Both the position numbers and the translations under genes were made by a program. A DNA stretch of 64,000 nucleotides from NCBI GenBank assembly GCA_963841435.1, contig CAWJCS010000005.1, forward strand, positions 576,001-640,000, read 5' to 3'. The notes beneath the pieces are model-generated. The model worked only from the letters and a program-made list of their open reading frames with translations, was not told where the DNA came from and searched no databases. The stretch is from an uncultured delta proteobacterium (GTDB lineage: Bacteria; Myxococcota_A; Polyangia; Polyangiales; Polyangiaceae). Positions 30,073 to 41,777 of the stretch are shown here, piece by piece; the first letter of the stretch is position 1, and each line of letters starts with the position of its first letter.

Positions 30073-31255
30073 CCTTGCGGCGTCAACGGCGTCTGCAACT
30101 CCGATCGCTCCACCTCGTCGGTGATCGTGCCGCGCGGCGCCTATCACCTCACGAGCACTCGCCCCGTCGCGGCGTACCAGTTCAATCCCCTCGAATTTCA
30201 GGCCCAGGGCGGGCTCCCGGCAAGGTGTGGAGCTGCGATCCGAACGCCATCTGCACCTGCAACACCTACGCGAACGACGCGTCGCTGCTGTTGCCGAAGA
30301 ATGCTCTCACGCCGAACTACTTCGCGTTCGCCGTCCGCGACTCGGGGGCGAGCTCGAAACCCTCGTACGTCGCCGTCACGGCCATCGAGGACGGCACGGA
30401 GGTCGTCGTCAAAGTCGGCCCCACCGGCACGATCCAGGCCGGACCGCCCGGCTCGACGCTCGTCGAGGCGGGGCCGGGCACGGTGTTCACGCTCGCCATG
30501 AACGCGCTCGACGTCGTCGAGCTCATGGCGGTGCCGGGCACGGACTGAGCGGCACGCAGGTCCAGTCAACCAGCGACAAGCCGCTCCAGGTGATGAGCGG
30601 CAACCCGGCGGCGTACGTGCCGGATTCGAGCACGCCGTCCGCCGACCACCTCGAGGAGATCGTCTTCCCGGCCGAAGCCGTCGGGCACGACTACGTCGTC
30701 ACGGTGCCGACGGGCCCCCACGGCGCACCGGTGGAGCACGTCGTGCGCCTGTTCGGCCACGCGGCGGCGAGCGCGCTCAGCTACTACCCCGCAAAGCCCG
30801 TCGGAGCCCCGGACAGTATCGCACCCGGCGCCGTCGCGGAGTTTCGCGTCGCCGATCCCCGCGACAGCACGGGTGACCCATCGCAGAGCCTCACGACGGG
30901 CAGCGCCCAGTTCCGCGAGCGCTACGTGTTCCTCGCGCTGCCCGACTACCCGAAGAGCTACGTCAACATCGTGGCGTTCGCCGGCACGGTCGTGAGGCTC
31001 GACGGAGCGACCCTCGACGCTGCTTCGGCGACGACGCTCCTGGGGCGCGCCGCCGACGGTATGACGCCCCAGGCGCACGAAATCTACCGCGAGGAGCTCG
31101 CAGCGGCGCGCGCCGGCCAGCACGAGCTTTCGGCGACCGAGCCGGTCGGCATCCAGGTCGTCGGCTACGGGCGCTTCACGAGCTACCAGTATCCGGGCGG
31201 GCTCAACTTGAATCTCGTGAGCGACCCGCCCCCGCTACCGCCCGTGCCGAAATGA
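30073..31255 (+). pseudogene. 5'-truncated, frameshifted IgGFc-binding-domain protein
   Basis: AYHLTSTRPVAAYQFNPL, NDASLLLP, DLSGT..SDKP, DHLEE and SYQYPGGLNL spread over three frames (shifts ~30215 and ~30546); no room for a signal peptide after the cca stop. Confidence 0.65.
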
Positions 31256-31280
31256 GCGTCTCGGCGGCGACCGCCGCCGC

Positions 31281-32451
31281 TCAGGGCAAGAGTGGCTCGA
31301 TCGCCTGGTACCAGACAGCGGCCATGCGCGCGTAGCCCTGCGTGTTCGGGTGGACCCCGTCGGCGAGCTCCGACGTGGGAAACCCGGTGTTCTGGTCGAT
31401 CAAGACGACGTGCTTGCCCTCCTGAGCACGCATCGAAACGACGCCGGGCAGGGCGTCGTTGTAGGTCTTGATTTGTGTGGTGTTCGAGCTCATCGGCGTG
31501 AGCTTCGCGACGACGACGAGAGCGTCCGGTGCGGCGCTGACGATCATATCGAGCAGGGTGCCGAGCCGCGTGGGCGCCTGCGCCAGATTGTCGTTCTGGT
31601 TGATGTCGTTGGTGCCGATCATGAGCAGGACGATGTGCGGCTTCGTGTTGAACGCGGGAGTCGGGGTCAGATCGAACAGCTGCGCGATCTTCCAACCGCT
31701 GTGACCCTCGTGACGCTGGGGGAACATCACGCCGTCGACCATCGTGGGGCCGTTCATCTGCGAGCCGACGAACGTGATCGCGTGGCCGTCGGCGTGGGCG
31801 CTGCGAAAAAGCTCGATGCGGTAGCCGCCCGCGATGTTGTAGCCGTCGGTGATCGAGTCGCCGAACGGCAGGATGATACAATCGCCGGTCATCGGGCAGG
31901 GCTGGTACCCGCCCGCACCGCCCATCCCCCCCGTGCCGGCATTGCCGCCCATGCCGCCACCGGCCGCCCCACCCGCTCCCGCTCCGCCCTGGGCCAGCCG
32001 CTCCGCCCTGCCCAGCCGCTCCGCCGGCTCCCGCTCCACCCGCCCCCGCTCCACCCGCTCCCGCTCCAGCCATGCCCGCGATGCCGCCCGAGCCGGACTG
32101 AGCGGGATCTCCGGCGCTCCCCGCCAGACCGCCGGCGCCACCCCCACCAATCCCCCCACTGCTCCCCGCCGTGCCGCCGGGCGCTCCTGCCACCCCCGCC
32201 GCTCCCCCATCGGTACCGCCGCCGGCGACGGCACCGGAGGCTCCCGCCGACGCGGCCGCCCCACCGACCGAAGTGCCCGCCGCGCCGCCCAGCACCGTGC
32301 CGCCGCTACCCGCGGGCCCGCCCGCCGCGCCCCCGACGCCCGAGCCACCGGAGCCCACGGTCGTCGTGGGCTCTGCGTCGCCGGAGCAAGCCCCCACGCC
32401 GAGAAGTAGGAGCAAGGTCCCGAAAAACGAAAGGAGCCGTTGCTTCGACAT
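31281..32451 (-). CDS. Lipoprotein with Gly-rich linker and SGNH/GDSL hydrolase (CE3-like); frameshift at ~31992
   Basis: MSKQRLLSFFGTLLLLLGVGAC; ILPFGDSITDG, HEGHSGW, IGTND, DGVHP. Removing one G from GGG 31991-31993 joins the frames. Confidence 0.85.
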
Positions 32452-32653
32452 CTTGTCTAAAGTTGCACGTTGCGGGCCGTTCCGTTCACGAAACGGCAGC
32501 GAACGGGCTCGACGCCGCAGAGCCTGCTGGACCCGACGCGTGCGCGTCCTCGACGCATGAGAACGAGCGACGCGGAGCGCACGGACGCCGCGCGCCAAGA
32601 AGCCAGGGTGGCGCGAGCCGAGCCGGCCGGAGCCAGTCGCGTGCGGTGCGGGC

Positions 32654-34594
<1,941 letters not shown>

Positions 34595-34784
34595 GGGGGA
34601 CCTCGGCTTTATCGAACCGTTATCATGCCATCCGCGTCGGCCGCCGTCGATGGCCGGGCGCAAGCGCCCGCCAGCGGCCGGTTCCGATAGGAACCTGAAA
34701 CTCTTACGCAATCCCTAGCGCGAGAGTTTCGATCACGCGGCGCCAGGCGGGCCCCCAAGGGGTTTCCGGCGCGGCCGGCCGGGC

Positions 34785-35663
34785 CTAACCCGCCCTCGGC
34801 GCGACCCGTAGCGAGCCCGTCGCCGGGTCGAGCCGCGCCTCGAGCCCACCCTTCAGACGGACGCGCGCGCTCGTTTGCCGCCGGTCGAGCGCGCGCCGCA
34901 GGCTCCGCCGCTGCGCGCGCCCGAGCCCGGCGAGCGCGAGCACTCCGCCGAGCTCGTGGTCGAGCTCGGGCTCGGCGCCGGCGAGCAACTGGTCGGCGAG
35001 GGCGTTGAGGTGCCCGACGATACCCGGCGAAAGCTCGACCAGTAGCGGCATCACCTCCTCGCGCACGCGCACCCTGAGAAACCGGCGGTCGCGGTTGGAG
35101 GGGTCCAGGGCAAAGGCGACGCCGTGCCGCGCGAGGTGCGCGAGCACGTCCCGACGGCCGGCGCGCACGAGGGGTCGCAGGCGGTTCTCGAAGCGGGGCG
35201 GCAGCACGGCGAGCCCGGCAGGGCCCGCGCCCCGGAGCAGCCGCAAGAGGACGGTCTCGGCGCGATCGTCGGCATGGTGCGCCGTCGCGAGCAGCTCGGC
35301 ACCCTGGGCCACCTGCGCCGCCGCCAGCGCTTCGTAGCGGAGCGACCGGGCCCGCGCCTGCAAGTTGCCGCCGGGGGACACCTCGACGTGTGTGCGCGCG
35401 AACGGGACCCCGAGCCGCGCGGCGTGTGCTGCGGCGAGATCGAGCTCGGCCGTCGCCTCGGGACGCAGACCGTGATCGACCCCGTGCGCCGTGACTTCGA
35501 CGCCGAGCCCGGGCGCCAGGCGCGAAAGCACGTCGAGCAGCGCGAGGGAATCCGGCCCGCCCGACACCGCCACGAGAATGCGAGCGCCGCGCTCGACGGC
35601 GCACTCCTCGCGCAGCGTGCGCTTCGCCAGCGTGAGCAACGTTGGCGGGTGGGAGCGCCGCAT
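34785..35663 (-). CDS. tilS: tRNA(Ile)-lysidine synthetase
   Basis: AVSGGPDS, VDHGLR, TAHHADDRAET, DPSN; canonical position upstream of ftsH. Confidence 0.93.
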   Translation of the reverse strand: MRRSHPPTLLTLAKRTLREECAVERGARILVAVSGGPDSLALLDVLSRLAPGLGVEVTAHGVDHGLRPEATAELDLAAAHAARLGVPFARTHVEVSPGGNLQARARSLRYEALAAAQVAQGAELLATAHHADDRAETVLLRLLRGAGPAGLAVLPPRFENRLRPLVRAGRRDVLAHLARHGVAFALDPSNRDRRFLRVRVREEVMPLLVELSPGIVGHLNALADQLLAGAEPELDHELGGVLALAGLGRAQRRSLRRALDRRQTSARVRLKGGLEARLDPATGSLRVAPRAG

Positions 35664-35682
35664 GACGAGCCCGTACCCGAGC

Positions 35683-35877
35683 TCAGGCGAGCTCGAACTC
35701 CTTGCAGAACTCGAGCTTGCGGCACTCGGCCATCTCGATGCCGCGGTGCGGCTCGACGGGGTAGCCGTTCGCACAGGCCGCGCGCTCGGGGCAGAAGTGA
35801 ACGCACTCCTCGCAACGAAATCGCAAACGAAAGCGGGCTGCCTCGGAGCGCAGGCGTTCGTCGACGACCGTGATCAT
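35683..35877 (-). CDS. Small Cys-rich hypothetical protein (64 aa)
   Basis: MITVVDERL...CEECVHFC...CANGYP..H...C...FCKEFELA; fills the gap in a co-oriented gene run. Confidence 0.7.
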   Translation of the reverse strand: MITVVDERLRSEAARFRLRFRCEECVHFCPERAACANGYPVEPHRGIEMAECRKLEFCKEFELA

Positions 35878-35890
35878 GTCGGGCGCTCGG

Positions 35891-36511
35891 TCATTGGAAA
35901 GGCTGCGCGGGCTGCCCCCGCTCGAAGAAGAAGCGAAAGTACCCGGTGACGCGGCTCTGGTAGGTCGGATCGTTCGCACCGTCGCCGAGTAACAGGCGGG
36001 GGTCGGCGAAGGTCGCATCGAACGAGGCTTCGGTCAGGCGCTCGTCGGCCTGGTCCTCGTTCGGATCCCCGCTCCAAAGGGACTGGAAAGTGATGGTGCC
36101 CCCCACGGAGTACACGGTCCCGTTTTGGATGTGGCAGCTCGCGTGCAGATAAAGTGCGATGCTGACCGGCGCCGGATCCGGGTCGAACTCGATCGGCTCA
36201 CCGGGTGCGTGGACTCCGGCTGGGATGCCGACCTCGATCGGCGTCCCGATGAGCCCGCGGAGATGGGCGAGGTCGTTCACGACGATCAGGACGCCGTCGG
36301 AGAGCTCTTCGGTGTTGTCGCCCCGCTGAATGCGGAAGAGCAACGACTGCGCGCGGAACGAATTGCCGGCGAAGAAATCAGGGCCGAGATCGAACGTCCC
36401 GTTCCAGCAATCCTCCATGTACAGCCGATCGCTCTTGACCCAGCCCTCGCCGTCGCCCACACCACAGCCGAGCAAAAAGAGCGCCCCCACGAACGCGACG
36501 GCCCGCATCAA
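35891..36511 (-). CDS. Hypothetical lipoprotein
   Basis: Lipobox LLGC; start overlaps the mnmA stop. Confidence 0.75.
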   Translation of the reverse strand: MMRAVAFVGALFLLGCGVGDGEGWVKSDRLYMEDCWNGTFDLGPDFFAGNSFRAQSLLFRIQRGDNTEELSDGVLIVVNDLAHLRGLIGTPIEVGIPAGVHAPGEPIEFDPDPAPVSIALYLHASCHIQNGTVYSVGGTITFQSLWSGDPNEDQADERLTEASFDATFADPRLLLGDGANDPTYQSRVTGYFRFFFERGQPAQPFQ

Positions 36512-37629
36512 ACCGAGCCCCCCGCCTGGTCGGCGAGGCCGATCGCTTGCGCTTCGGTCGCTCGCCCGAGCGCCGCGCGGATCACGCCGCCGCCGAGCAC
36601 GCGGTCGCCGGCAAGGAACACGGCATATTGGCCGGGTACGACCGCGCTCGCGGGCCGCTCGAGCTCGACGCGCAGGCCGTCGGGCACGCGGCTCACGCGC
36701 GCGGGGTGCCGCGCGCCGCGGTAGCGAACGAGCACGTCGCAGGAAAACGGCGGCTCGACGCCCTGCTGCAGGCTCACCTCGCCGACGAGCGCCCCCGTCG
36801 CGAGCAGCGCCTCGGCGCCGCCGAGCCGCACTGTGCCCGAAACGGGCTCGATGCCCGTCACGTACGCCCGCCGCCCGAGCGCCACACCGAGGTTCTTGCG
36901 CTGACCGATCGTGAAGCCGTGGACGCCGCCGTGCTGCCCGACGGTGCGACCGGTCTCGTCGACGATCGGCCCGGGGCGAACGCGAGCACCCGCGCGCTCA
37001 GCGACGAAGTCGTCGTAGCGACCCGCCGGCACGAAGCAAAGCTCCTGGCTCTCGCCCTTGTCGGCGCCCGGCAACCCGAGCGCGCGAGCCTCCGCGCGCA
37101 CCGCACGCTTGTCGAGCTCACCGAGCGGCAGCACGAGCCGCGACAGCGCAGCCTGATCGAGCATGTGCAAAAAGTAGCTCTGGTCCTTGTCGAGGTCGCG
37201 CGCGCGGTGCAGCTCGAAGGTGTCATCCCGGCGCGCGATGCGCGCGTAGTGGCCCGTCGCAACGCCCTCCGCTCCGAGGCGCTCGGCGAGCCCGAGCAAC
37301 TCCGGTAGCTTCACGCCACGGTTGCAGCGCACGCAGGGGCTCGGCGTGGCCCCGGCGAGGTACCCGTCGACGAACGGATCGACCACTTCGCGGCGGAACA
37401 GGGCGCGCCGATCGAAAACGTAGTGCGCGAACCCGAGGTGATCGGCCACCCGCCGCGCGTCGTGGATGTCCTCGGGCGCGCAGCAGCGGCTTTTGACGCT
37501 CGCGTCATCGGGGTAGTCCCAGAGGTGGAGCGTCACCCCGACGACCTCGTACCCCTCTGCGTGCAAGAGCGCCGCGGCGACGGACGAGTCAACGCCACCG
37601 CTCATCGCTACGAGAACGCGCGAGGTCAC
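36508..37629 (-). CDS. mnmA: tRNA 2-thiouridylase
   Basis: VAMSGGVDSS, TPSPCVRCN, ATGHYA, KDQSYFL, ESQELCF, PGQ. Confidence 0.96.
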   Translation of the reverse strand: MTSRVLVAMSGGVDSSVAAALLHAEGYEVVGVTLHLWDYPDDASVKSRCCAPEDIHDARRVADHLGFAHYVFDRRALFRREVVDPFVDGYLAGATPSPCVRCNRGVKLPELLGLAERLGAEGVATGHYARIARRDDTFELHRARDLDKDQSYFLHMLDQAALSRLVLPLGELDKRAVRAEARALGLPGADKGESQELCFVPAGRYDDFVAERAGARVRPGPIVDETGRTVGQHGGVHGFTIGQRKNLGVALGRRAYVTGIEPVSGTVRLGGAEALLATGALVGEVSLQQGVEPPFSCDVLVRYRGARHPARVSRVPDGLRVELERPASAVVPGQYAVFLAGDRVLGGGVIRAALGRATEAQAIGLADQAGGSV

Positions 37630-37843
37630 GGGTCGAAGGGTAGCAAAGAACGGCAGACGCGGAGCGCTCTAAAAAGGACCGCTTGAGCTTGCTGGAGGTC
37701 CCGAGGAGGCTGCCCGCGGCGAGCGTCGCGACGAGCGCCGTGGAGCCGCCGCCCGAGGCCGAGCTGCCGTTGAACGTGGAACAAGCTGCGCCTGCCCGGA
37801 AGAAGGCGTCCGAAATTTTCGCGGGTCTCGCGTGACGACGCGC

Positions 37844-38899
37844 CTATCCCGGGACGAGCTCCGCGACGACGAGCTCGGGTGGGCAGAACAACCTCAAGGG
37901 TGGTGCGTCGGCGCCGATGCCCGTCGAGACGACGAGGTGCGTCGCGTCGATGACGAAGTGCCCGCGATCGAAGCGCCTGCCGTAGTCGGACGGAACGAGC
38001 AAGGCACCGAACCATGGCACGCGGAGCTGACCGCCGTGGGTGTGCCCGGCGAGCACGATCCCCACGTGCTCGCCGGCAAGCTCGTACACGTTGTCGGGCG
38101 TGTGGCTGAGCACGACGGTCGGCAGCGGCGGCAGCACACGGAGGTCGGGGGCGGCACGCCCCCAGGGCGCGTCGGTGCCGCACAGTCTGAGCGGCGTGCC
38201 TTCGCCGACGTCGAGCGTCCGGCACTCGCCCGTCACGAGCTCGACGTGCGCGGCGCTGAGCACGGTGCGCACGCGCTCGGCCTGGCCGGCCCAGTAGTCG
38301 TGGTTGCCGAGCACGGCGTAGGTGCCGAACCGTGCGGGCGGCAGCGCATCGAGCCAGCGCTCGAACGCCGGGACGTTCTTCGCCTTGGACACGTAGTCGC
38401 CCGTCAGGACCACGAGATCCGCATGGGCGTCGCGCATGGCGCGCCGCACGCGCTCGACGTATTCGGGGGGCACGCGCGGCGTCACGTGCAGGTCGCTCAG
38501 GTGCAGCACGCGCAGCGGCGCGCGGAGCCCAGCGAGCGGCAGCCGATAGCGGCGAACCTTCAGATCGGTCGTCGTGACGATTGGCCAGACCTCGAGCGGC
38601 TCGGCCTCGAAGCGATAGACGTGCCGGAGCCAGAGGCGATGCGCCTCGCCGAGCACGAAGAGCGCGAAGACGAGGAGCCATGGCAGCTCGGCGCGAAAGC
38701 CGCGCCTCAGCGAGTAGACGCCGAGCGCCGCGAGCGCGAGGCCGAGCGCCACCTGGATCGGGACCTTGGGGACTCGATCGTCCCACTGCAACACCATGTG
38801 GCTACCGGAGTACGCCCACACGGCGAGCGCTGCGCCCGTGAGGGCCGAGAGCCGCAAACCGAGTCGGAGGCGCCGAGCGAGCGCGCTATCCCGAGGCAC
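37844..38899 (-). CDS. Membrane-anchored metallophosphoesterase (YkuE-like)
   Basis: N-terminal TMs; SDLH, TGD, LGNHD, LSHTP, AGHTHGGQ. Confidence 0.9.
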   Translation of the reverse strand: MPRDSALARRLRLGLRLSALTGAALAVWAYSGSHMVLQWDDRVPKVPIQVALGLALAALGVYSLRRGFRAELPWLLVFALFVLGEAHRLWLRHVYRFEAEPLEVWPIVTTTDLKVRRYRLPLAGLRAPLRVLHLSDLHVTPRVPPEYVERVRRAMRDAHADLVVLTGDYVSKAKNVPAFERWLDALPPARFGTYAVLGNHDYWAGQAERVRTVLSAAHVELVTGECRTLDVGEGTPLRLCGTDAPWGRAAPDLRVLPPLPTVVLSHTPDNVYELAGEHVGIVLAGHTHGGQLRVPWFGALLVPSDYGRRFDRGHFVIDATHLVVSTGIGADAPPLRLFCPPELVVAELVPG

Positions 38900-39584
38900 C
38901 CTTGAGCCGCTCCGTCAGCCGCTTGATGGCACGCGTGTGCAAGCGGCTCGCCCAGCTCTTGCTGAGCCCGAGCTCCTTGGCCACGAGGTCGAAGCGCTCG
39001 CCCTCGAGGTAGTGCCGCCTGACGAGCTCCGCTTCCTCGCGTGGCAGCTCGTCGATCGACCGCCGCACGAGCTCGAGCAGCTCGGCGCGACCGAGCGCGT
39101 CCTCGGGCGTCGACTCGTCGGACACGGGGATGCGCTCGTTGCCGTCGCCGTACCCGGTCTTCGACAAGAGCCCGACCGCGACCGCCGTCGCCATGGCCGC
39201 AAGATGCTCACCGAGGGCGCGGTCGGCGTCGGCGGGCGTCGCTCCCGGCGGACGCGGCGCGAACGCGTCCTCGAGCGAGCCCTCGCTCAGCCGGGCGGCC
39301 GCGGCCATCCCCGAGAGGCGCTCGTGCGCCCGCCGTGGCAGACGCGCGCTCGCCCGCACGCCGTCGATAATGGCGCCCCGCACCCGAAAGCTCGCGTAGC
39401 CACGGAACGGCACGCCGCGCGAGGCATCGAACTTTCGCGCCGCGTCGAGCAGCCCCTCCCGACCGAAGCTCTTGAGCTCCTCGAGGTCGGCGCTCGGCCC
39501 GAGCTCGCGCGCAATGCGGCGCGCAACGGCGTCCACGAGATCGAGCGCCGACTCGAAGCGGGCCACTTCCTCTGGCGCCTGCAC
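38886..39584 (-). CDS. FliA/WhiG-family sigma factor
   Basis: GLLDAARKFDASRGVPFRGYASFRVRGAIIDGVR, LSKSWASRLH. Start 39584 or 39602. Confidence 0.85.
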   Translation of the reverse strand: MQAPEEVARFESALDLVDAVARRIARELGPSADLEELKSFGREGLLDAARKFDASRGVPFRGYASFRVRGAIIDGVRASARLPRRAHERLSGMAAAARLSEGSLEDAFAPRPPGATPADADRALGEHLAAMATAVAVGLLSKTGYGDGNERIPVSDESTPEDALGRAELLELVRRSIDELPREEAELVRRHYLEGERFDLVAKELGLSKSWASRLHTRAIKRLTERLKGASG

Positions 39585-39646
39585 GGCGGGGGACTCTACC
39601 ACCGCTTCGTGCGCCGCGGAGAGGCGCGTGGCATAGTGGCGGGGCC

Positions 39647-40240
39647 ATGGCGCGCTGGGGCCGCTTCGCCGCCGCATACGCTCTGATGGCGCTGATCGCG
39701 TCGGGCATCGCGCTCGGCACGCGCGGCCAGCTGCCACTCACCGTGAGCCCCCCGTGGCTGCCGCTGCGGCCGCCGCTCGATGTCCTCTATAGCCTCGGCC
39801 TCGGCACCTGCGTCGGCCTGCTGGTCGCCATCGGCACGCGCTACGCCGTGCCGCGCTTCGCCTGGGCCCGAAACCTGCACCGGGAGCTCCGGCCGCTGAC
39901 GAGCGGCCTCACGACGCCGGGCATCGTCGCTCTCGCCGTGACGAGCTCCTTCGGCGAGGAGCTACTGTTTCGCGGGCTGCTCCAGCCCTGGCTCGGCCTG
40001 TGGCTCTCGGCGCTGCTCTTCGGCGTGCTCCACCAGCTCGCCGGCCCGAGCCGCTGGGTCTGGGCGGGGTGGGCGACCCTGATCGGCCTCGTCCTGGGCG
40101 GGATCTTTGCGCTCACCGGATCCCTGGTCGGGCCGCTCGCCGCACACGCGCTCGTGAATGGTCTCAATCTCAGCTACTTGCGTACCCATGATCCCGAGCC
40201 GCGGCGGGGTCTCGGGGGCCTGCTCGGGTCACGCGGATGA
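39647..40240 (+). CDS. CPBP-family intramembrane glutamic endopeptidase
   Basis: EELLFRG, FGVLH, AHALVN. Confidence 0.88.
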   Translation: MARWGRFAAAYALMALIASGIALGTRGQLPLTVSPPWLPLRPPLDVLYSLGLGTCVGLLVAIGTRYAVPRFAWARNLHRELRPLTSGLTTPGIVALAVTSSFGEELLFRGLLQPWLGLWLSALLFGVLHQLAGPSRWVWAGWATLIGLVLGGIFALTGSLVGPLAAHALVNGLNLSYLRTHDPEPRRGLGGLLGSRG

Positions 40241-40277
40241 CGTGTTATCGTGGGGACGGTTTAGCGTAGCCGCCACC

Positions 40278-41777
40278 ATGAGCCAGATCGATTCGGGTTT
40301 GCCCGAGGATAGGCCGCGGGTTCTCGTCGTCAACGACGAGAAATTCATTCGCGACATCATCGCCGACTTCCTCGGCATGGAGGGGTACATCGTCCGTACG
40401 GCCGAGGACGGGTCGAGCGCCGTGAGCGAGCTCGAGCGGGCGCGCTACGACATGGTCATCAGCGACCTGAAGATGCCGCGCATGGGTGGCCTCGACCTGC
40501 TCAAGGAGGTGTCGAGGGCCCACCCGGACACGCTGACCGTCATCATGACGGGGTTCGGCACCGTCGAGACCGCGATCGACGCCATGAAGCGCGGTGCCTA
40601 CGACTACATCCTCAAGCCTTTCAAGGTGGAGGAGGTCGTCCACATCGTGCAGCGCGGGCTCGAAAAGCGCCGTCTCACGGCCGAGAATCTGCGCCTGCGC
40701 GAAGCGCTCTCGCTCTACAAAGTGAGCGAGGCCATCGCCGCGAGCCTGTCGCTCGACGAGGTGATCACGACGCTCACGGACGGCGCGCTGTCCGAGGTTC
40801 GCGCCGATGCCGCAGCGACCTGGCTCGACGACGGCGAGGGCGGGTACTTCCAGCGCCGCCTCACGCCAGCGTCCACGCTGCCCGCGGGCGAGGATTTCGG
40901 TCAGCTCGACGAGACACGCGTCGTCGAGCTGCTCAAGGCCGGGACGCCCCTCGTGGAACATGGCGCGCGCGCTCGCGACCTGTTCCGCGAGCACCCCGCG
41001 CGCCAGGTCTCCAGCGTCGCCATCGTGCCGCTCAAGATGCGCGACCGCCTGCTCGGCTGGATCGCCGTCATCTCGCTCACCGCGAGCCGGCGCTTCGACG
41101 AGGGGCAGCGCAAGCTACTCAGCATGATGGCATCGCGCGCCGCCGCGGCGATCGAAAACGCGCGCCTCTACGAGGACCTACAGGCGACGTTCCAGCAGAC
41201 GATCCAGACCCTCGCGCGCACGATCGATCGCATGGATCACTACACGGCGGGGCACTCCGAGCGCGTTGCGCGCTACGCCGTCGCGCTCGCTCGCTGGCTC
41301 GGGTTGCCCGAGCACGACATCGACGTCGTGCGCCACTCCGCGCTGATGCACGACATTGGCAAGATCGGCTGCGTGATGAACCTCAACAAGCCGGGCAAGC
41401 TCACGCTCGACGAGTACGAGATCTTCAAGCGCCACCCGGTCTACGGTCGGGAAATCCTGGACCCGATCCGCTTCTTGGGCCCGGTCGTCCCCGGGGTCTA
41501 CCTGCATCACGAGCGCTGGGACGGGCGCGGCTACCCGCTGGGCCTCGGCAAGGGCGAGATCCCGCTCATCGCGCGCATCATCTCGGTCGCGGACACCTAC
41601 GACGCCATGACGAGCGACCGCTCGTACCGCCGAGCGCTCCCCCACGACGTGACCGTGACCGAAATCGAGCGTTGCTCGGGCACGCAATTCGATCCTGATC
41701 TCGCGGGCACGTTCGTCGAGGGCATCGAAGATTTCCGCGAGGAGGCGCTCTCCTCGGGCGAGCAGGTGCCCGAGTGA
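40278..41777 (+). CDS. REC-GAF-HD-GYP cyclic-dinucleotide phosphodiesterase
   Basis: SDLKMP, GAYDYILKPF; GAF ending AIENARLY; HSERVA, HDIGK, HHERWDGRGYP, DTYDAMTSDR. Confidence 0.92.
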   Translation: MSQIDSGLPEDRPRVLVVNDEKFIRDIIADFLGMEGYIVRTAEDGSSAVSELERARYDMVISDLKMPRMGGLDLLKEVSRAHPDTLTVIMTGFGTVETAIDAMKRGAYDYILKPFKVEEVVHIVQRGLEKRRLTAENLRLREALSLYKVSEAIAASLSLDEVITTLTDGALSEVRADAAATWLDDGEGGYFQRRLTPASTLPAGEDFGQLDETRVVELLKAGTPLVEHGARARDLFREHPARQVSSVAIVPLKMRDRLLGWIAVISLTASRRFDEGQRKLLSMMASRAAAAIENARLYEDLQATFQQTIQTLARTIDRMDHYTAGHSERVARYAVALARWLGLPEHDIDVVRHSALMHDIGKIGCVMNLNKPGKLTLDEYEIFKRHPVYGREILDPIRFLGPVVPGVYLHHERWDGRGYPLGLGKGEIPLIARIISVADTYDAMTSDRSYRRALPHDVTVTEIERCSGTQFDPDLAGTFVEGIEDFREEALSSGEQVPE

